From the NCBI GenBank assembly GCA_963801745.1, contig CAWDFY010000004.1:640312-704311 (forward strand): a stretch of DNA of 64,000 nucleotides, read 5' to 3'. Position numbers and translations under genes: made by a program. The DNA is from an uncultured Chloroflexia bacterium. GTDB lineage: Bacteria > Chloroflexota > Limnocylindria > Limnocylindrales > CSP1-4. Position 1 is the first letter of the stretch, and each line of letters starts with the position of its first letter. This document shows positions 60,446 to 64,000 of this stretch, one piece after another. The notes under the pieces are model-generated. The model ran no database searches and was not told where the DNA came from. It worked only from the letters and a program-made list of their open reading frames with translations.

Positions 60446-60493
60446 CGGGTCGAGTGTAGCGGCGGGACCGCAGCGGTCGCGGCCCGGCGGTCC

Positions 60494-62409
60494 TCAGGCC
60501 GGGACGGCCTCGCCCAGCTTCTCGATGCGGATCGCGGTCGCCTTGAACTCGGCCGTGCCCGACTTCGGGTCGGTCGCGTCGATCGTCAGCAGGTTCGTCG
60601 CGACGTCGTCCTGGAAGTGCAGCGTCATGAAGGTCAGGCCGGGTCGGAGCGAGGGGTCGATCCGGACCGGCACCTCGACCTGGCCGCGACGCGAGATCGC
60701 GCAGACCACCTCGCCGTCGGCGAGTCCGTACGTCTCGGCGTCCTCCGGCGAGATGTCGAGCGACTCGCCCCGGCGGAGCGGCGACGTGTAGCCCGCGGTC
60801 TGGACGCCGGTGTTGTACGAGTCGAGTCGACGGCCGGTCGTCAGGCGGATCGGATACTCGTCGGTCAGCTTGTCGACGGGCGGGTCGTGATCGACCGGAA
60901 CGAACGGCACGCGATTGCCGGGGACGGGGTCCTCCCACAGTCGACTGTGGAGGAACAGCTCGCCCGGGTGGTCCTCGTCGTAGCACGGCCACTGGATGCC
61001 GCCGAGCTCCTCGAGGCGCTGGTAGGTCATCCCGGCGTGGACCGGCGACAGCGACCGGACCTCGTCCCACACCCGCTCGGCGTCGGGCTCGCCCCAGTCG
61101 TGGCCCATCCGGCGGGCGATGTCGAAGATGATCGCCAGGTCGTCGCGGGCACCCTCGGGTGGCGTCGACCGCCTTGCGGACGCGCTGGACGCGCCGTTCC
61201 GAGTTGGTGACCGTGCCCTCGCCCTCGGCCCAGGCGGCGGTCGCCGGCAGGACGACGTCCGCGAGCTCGGCCGTCCTGGTCAGGAACAGGTCCTGCACGA
61301 CGAGCATGTCGAGCCCCTCGAGCAGACCGATGGCGCGGCGCTGGTCGGCCTCGGACTGGACCGGGTTCTCGCCGATGCAGTACACGGCGGTGAGGTCGCC
61401 CCGCTCCATCGCATCGAACATGCCCGACAGGTGCCAGCCACGCTCTGGCGGGATCGTGACGCCCCAGGCCGCGTCGAACTTCGCGCGGAGCTCGTCGTTC
61501 TCGACGTGCTGGAAGCCGGGCAGTCGATCGGGCAGGGCGCCCATGTCGCCGCCGCCCTGCACGTTGTTCTGGCCACGGAGCGGGTTGACGCCGCTCCCGT
61601 AGCGACCGACGTGGCCGGTCAGCAGCACGAGGTCGATCAGGGACAGGACGTTGTCGACCGCGTTGTGGTGCTCGGTGATGCCGAGCGTCCAGCAGATCAT
61701 CGCCCGCGGCGCGGTCGCCAGCGCGTGCGCCAGCTCGCGGATGGCGTCGGCCGGGACACCGGTCTCGCGCTCGGCGTACTCGAGCGTGTACGACTCGACC
61801 TTGGCCTTGTAGGCATCGAAGTCGGAGGTCGCCCGGCCGATGAACTCGCGGTGCTCCAGGCCCGACGGCGATGATCTCGCGCCCGATGGCGTTGGCCAGC
61901 GCGATGTCGCTGCCCACGTCGAGGCCCAGCCACGTGTCGGCCCATTCCGCGCTCGATGTCCGGCGCGGGTCGACCGCGTACAGCCGCGCGCCCTTGTGCA
62001 CGGCCTTGAGGAGGTGGTGGAAGAAGATCGGATGCGTCTCGCGGGCATTGCTGCCCCAGAGGACGATCAGATCGGTGTCCTCGACCTCACGGTATGAACT
62101 TGTGCCGCCACCGGCACCGAACACGGTCGCCAGACCGGCGACGCTCGGGGCGTGTCAGGTGCGGTTGCAGCTATCGATGTTGTTGCTGCCCAGGACCGCC
62201 CGGCTGAACTTCTGTGCCGCGAAGTTGACCTCGTTGGTCGCCTTGCTGCAGCTGAAGGTGCCGAATGTCGTCGGGCCGTGCGCGGCCCTGGCCGCGGTGA
62301 ACCCGGCGACGACGCGGTCGAGCGCTTCGTCCCACGTCGCGGGTCGAAGCTCGCTGCCCTTCGTGTCGCGGACGAGGGGCTGGGTCAGCCGTACGTAGGG
62401 CCTCGCCAC
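60494..62409 (-). pseudogene. Formate dehydrogenase catalytic (Mo/W-bisPGD) module, selenocysteine-containing; in-frame TGA at 62155-62157 plus two +1 frameshifts
   Basis: GGAGG RBS and GTG at 62409. RLTQPLVRD...NNIDSCNRT-TGA-HAPSVAGL places the TGA at the Sec/Cys active-site position. Continues as LWGSNARETHP, NPLRGQNNVQGG and a C-terminal DMSO-reductase-type barrel (LTTGRRLDSYNTG). Confidence 0.8.
62122..62154 (-). promoter_or_regulatory. Bacterial SECIS element immediately 3' of the UGA
   Basis: mRNA UGA-CACG-CCCCGAGC-GUCGCC-GGUCU-GGCGAC-CGUG: a lower helix CACG/CGUG, an upper 6-bp helix, and a GGUCU apical loop like the fdhF SECIS loop (recalled from memory). Confidence 0.7.
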
Positions 62410-62523
62410 ATCGTGGCCTCCTGCGGATGCCGACCCGGCGAGTGTACCGCCGAGCCACCTTCGCCGACTTCAGCCCCGATCTGCAGTCTGACAACCACGC
62501 CGAGGGCAGGTGGTCGCACGTCG

Positions 62524-62662
62524 GTGACTCCCAGTCAGCATGGAGGCGCCGAGACCTCCTGCCGACGGCGCGTGAGCGGCGGACGGTGACCGGTGGTCAC
62601 GACTGGGGTCTGAGGAACCATCCGACGCGTGTTTCGAGGCCCTGGTGCTGACTGGGAGTCAC
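62524..62662. repeat. Palindromic MITE/REP-like element, copy C (139 bp)
   Basis: GTGACTCCCAGTCAGCA...TGCTGACTGGGAGTCAC (perfect 17-bp terminal inverted repeats). Internal GGTGACCGGTGGTCAC. The right end supplies the selD stop codon. Confidence 0.75.
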
Positions 62663-63713
62663 GCGAGGGCCACGCCCGTGCCGTCGGTCACGGACCGACC
62701 CGCCAGTGGTCGACGCCGGCGTCGTCGAGGGCCGCCGTGACCGCCTCGAGACGCTCGTCCGGGATGGCCGCGAGCAGGCCGCCGCTCGTCTGCGGGTCGT
62801 GGGCGAGCGTGACGATCTCCGGCGGCGACGCCCGTCGCCGACCTCCAGGTCGGCCGCCACGAACCGGCGGTTGTGGGCCGCGCCACCGGTCTCGACGCCG
62901 GCCGCGGGCGAGGTCGAGCGCGCCCGGCAGGGCCGGCAGCGCCGCCGCGTCGAACACCAGCCGGACGCCCGACGCGCGCGCCATCTCCAGGCCGTGGCCG
63001 AGCAGCCCGAAGCCCGTGACGTCGGTCGCCCCGCGGATGTCATTCGCGACGAGGACCTCGGCGGCAGCCCGGTTGAGGCGCCCGCATCGCGTCGATCGCC
63101 GATCGCGAGGTCGGCGGCGCCGGTCCGGCCCTGTCGCGCGCCGCTGACCAGCACACCGGTCCCGAGCCGCTTGGTCAGCAGCAGCGTGTCGCCGGCGCGG
63201 GCGCCGCCCTTGCGCAGCAGCCGGTCGGGGTGGGCCGCGCCGATGACCGCCAGCCCGTACTTCGGCTCCGGGTCGCGGATCGTGTGCCCGCCGGCCAGCG
63301 TGCCGCCGGCCTCGCGGACCTTCGCGGACGCCCCGCCGAACACCTCGGCCAGCACGTCCCGCGGCAGCTCCTCGGGGAATGCCGCGATCGACAGCGCGAA
63401 CAGGACGCGGCCACCCATCGCGAACACGTCGCTCAGCGCGTTCGCGGCCGCGATCTCGCCGAACGTCCGGGCGTCGTCGACCAGCGGCGGGAAGAAGTCG
63501 AGCGTGCCGATGATCGCGAGGTCGTCGCTGATGCGGTAGGCGGCCGCGTCGTCGGGCGGGTCGAGACCGGCGATCAGGTCGGCCGGGGCGGCCTCGGCGC
63601 CGAGGCCCGCGAGCGCATCGGACAGCAGGTCGGCGCCGAGCTTCGCCGCGCAGCCGCCGCAGTCGGTCAGGCTCGGTGAGGCGCAGACCCGGGACGTCGG
63701 CGAGGCTCGTCAT
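62659..63713 (-). pseudogene. selD: Selenide, water dikinase SelD (Cys-type), many +1 frameshifts
   Basis: MTSLADVPGLRLTE / TDCGGCAAKLG...ALSDVFAMGG...GGHTIRDPEPKYG / AIDAMR / LNRAAAEVL..ATDVTGFGLLGH / AHDPQTSGGLL, recovered from alternating frames. Confidence 0.8.
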
Positions 63714-63743
63714 CGCCCGATGATAGGCGCGCTCCGGCATTAC

Positions 63744-63840
63744 CATCGCTCCTGGGAGCGGTCGGGCCCCGGTGGGTCCCCCGGTCTTCAAAACCGGTGA
63801 CGCCGCGCTCGGCGTGGCGTGGTGGGTTCGACTCCCACGC
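63744..63840 (+). tRNA. selC: tRNA-Sec (anticodon TCA), 97 nt, CCA encoded
   Basis: Hand fold: 6-bp D-stem GGGCCC/GGGTCC with a 4-nt loop, anticodon stem CCGGT/ACCGG with loop CTTCAAA, long variable arm, T-arm GTGGG-TTCGACT-CCCAC, and an extended acceptor stem. Confidence 0.9.
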
Positions 63841-63850
63841 GTTCCCGCCA

Positions 63851-64000
63851 CGGAGGACCGATGTCGTCGAAGTCGGCCGATCGCGCCCTCGCCCGCCCAG
63901 CGTCGAGGCCGTGCTCAAGGTGCTGCGCCCGTCTGTCGACGGCGTCGACCGTGACGCGCTGACCGCGGTCGTCCGCGAGGTCATCGACGACGAGCGGTCG
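63851..64000 (+). pseudogene. selA: L-seryl-tRNA(Sec) selenium transferase SelA, 3'-partial, one frameshift near 63890
   Basis: GGAGGA RBS and ATG at 63851. A PSVEAVLKVL...ALTAVVREVIDDER N-terminal pattern follows a +1 shift. The position after selC supports the call. Confidence 0.5.

Noticed and set aside
60446-60493. Hairpin GGACCGC...GCGGTCC between fdhA and the NuoE-like gene as a terminator
   Set aside because: The stem is short, the loop is large, there is no T-tract, and it sits inside an apparent operon. I do not call it.
62155-62157. TGA read as a genuine stop, giving an 84-aa ORF plus a separate downstream ORF
   Set aside because: The frame continues unchanged, the TGA aligns with the catalytic Sec/Cys position, a SECIS-like hairpin follows, and selD, selC and selA are adjacent.

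Overview
High-GC (~70%) actinobacterial-type chromosomal segment, annotated by hand from the ORF track and the sequence, with no database searches. In order it contains:
- a xylose locus: 5'-partial ROK regulator, xylFHG-like ABC transporter, xylB and xylA;
- a PLP Cys/Met enzyme, ResB, a PucR regulator and two glutamine synthetases;
- a response regulator / GAF protein / GAF histidine kinase triad, an MFS transporter, and an MtrA/MtrB-like pair followed by a GerMN lipoprotein;
- tRNA-Pro(CGG) followed by a ~4.3 kb stretch of abutted gene fragments with a lysis-cassette remnant, ending in a ~490 bp AT-rich, purine-skewed island;
- two ArsR-AHSA1 modules;
- a ~9.5 kb accessory block bracketed by diverged TetR 5' duplicates: two class III cyclase fusions, a TetR-controlled cupredoxin/membrane cluster, an F420 enzyme and a GT4 glycosyltransferase;
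- oxidases, an AlkA-like glycosylase and a large secreted protein;
- a selenium/formate locus: fdhD, a Sec-containing NAD-type formate dehydrogenase whose alpha subunit is split and permuted, selD, tRNA-Sec and the start of selA.

A ~140 bp palindromic repeat occurs three times around the formate dehydrogenase (FDH) locus.

Many genes are broken by frameshifts. Every shift I could resolve is a net +1 (one extra base), and the shifts cluster in blocks, while blocks of 6-12 kb are clean. I label the affected genes pseudogene, but sequencing or assembly error is an equally good explanation. Coordinates of frameshifted or fragmentary genes are approximate. No integrase, transposase, CRISPR array or rRNA was seen.
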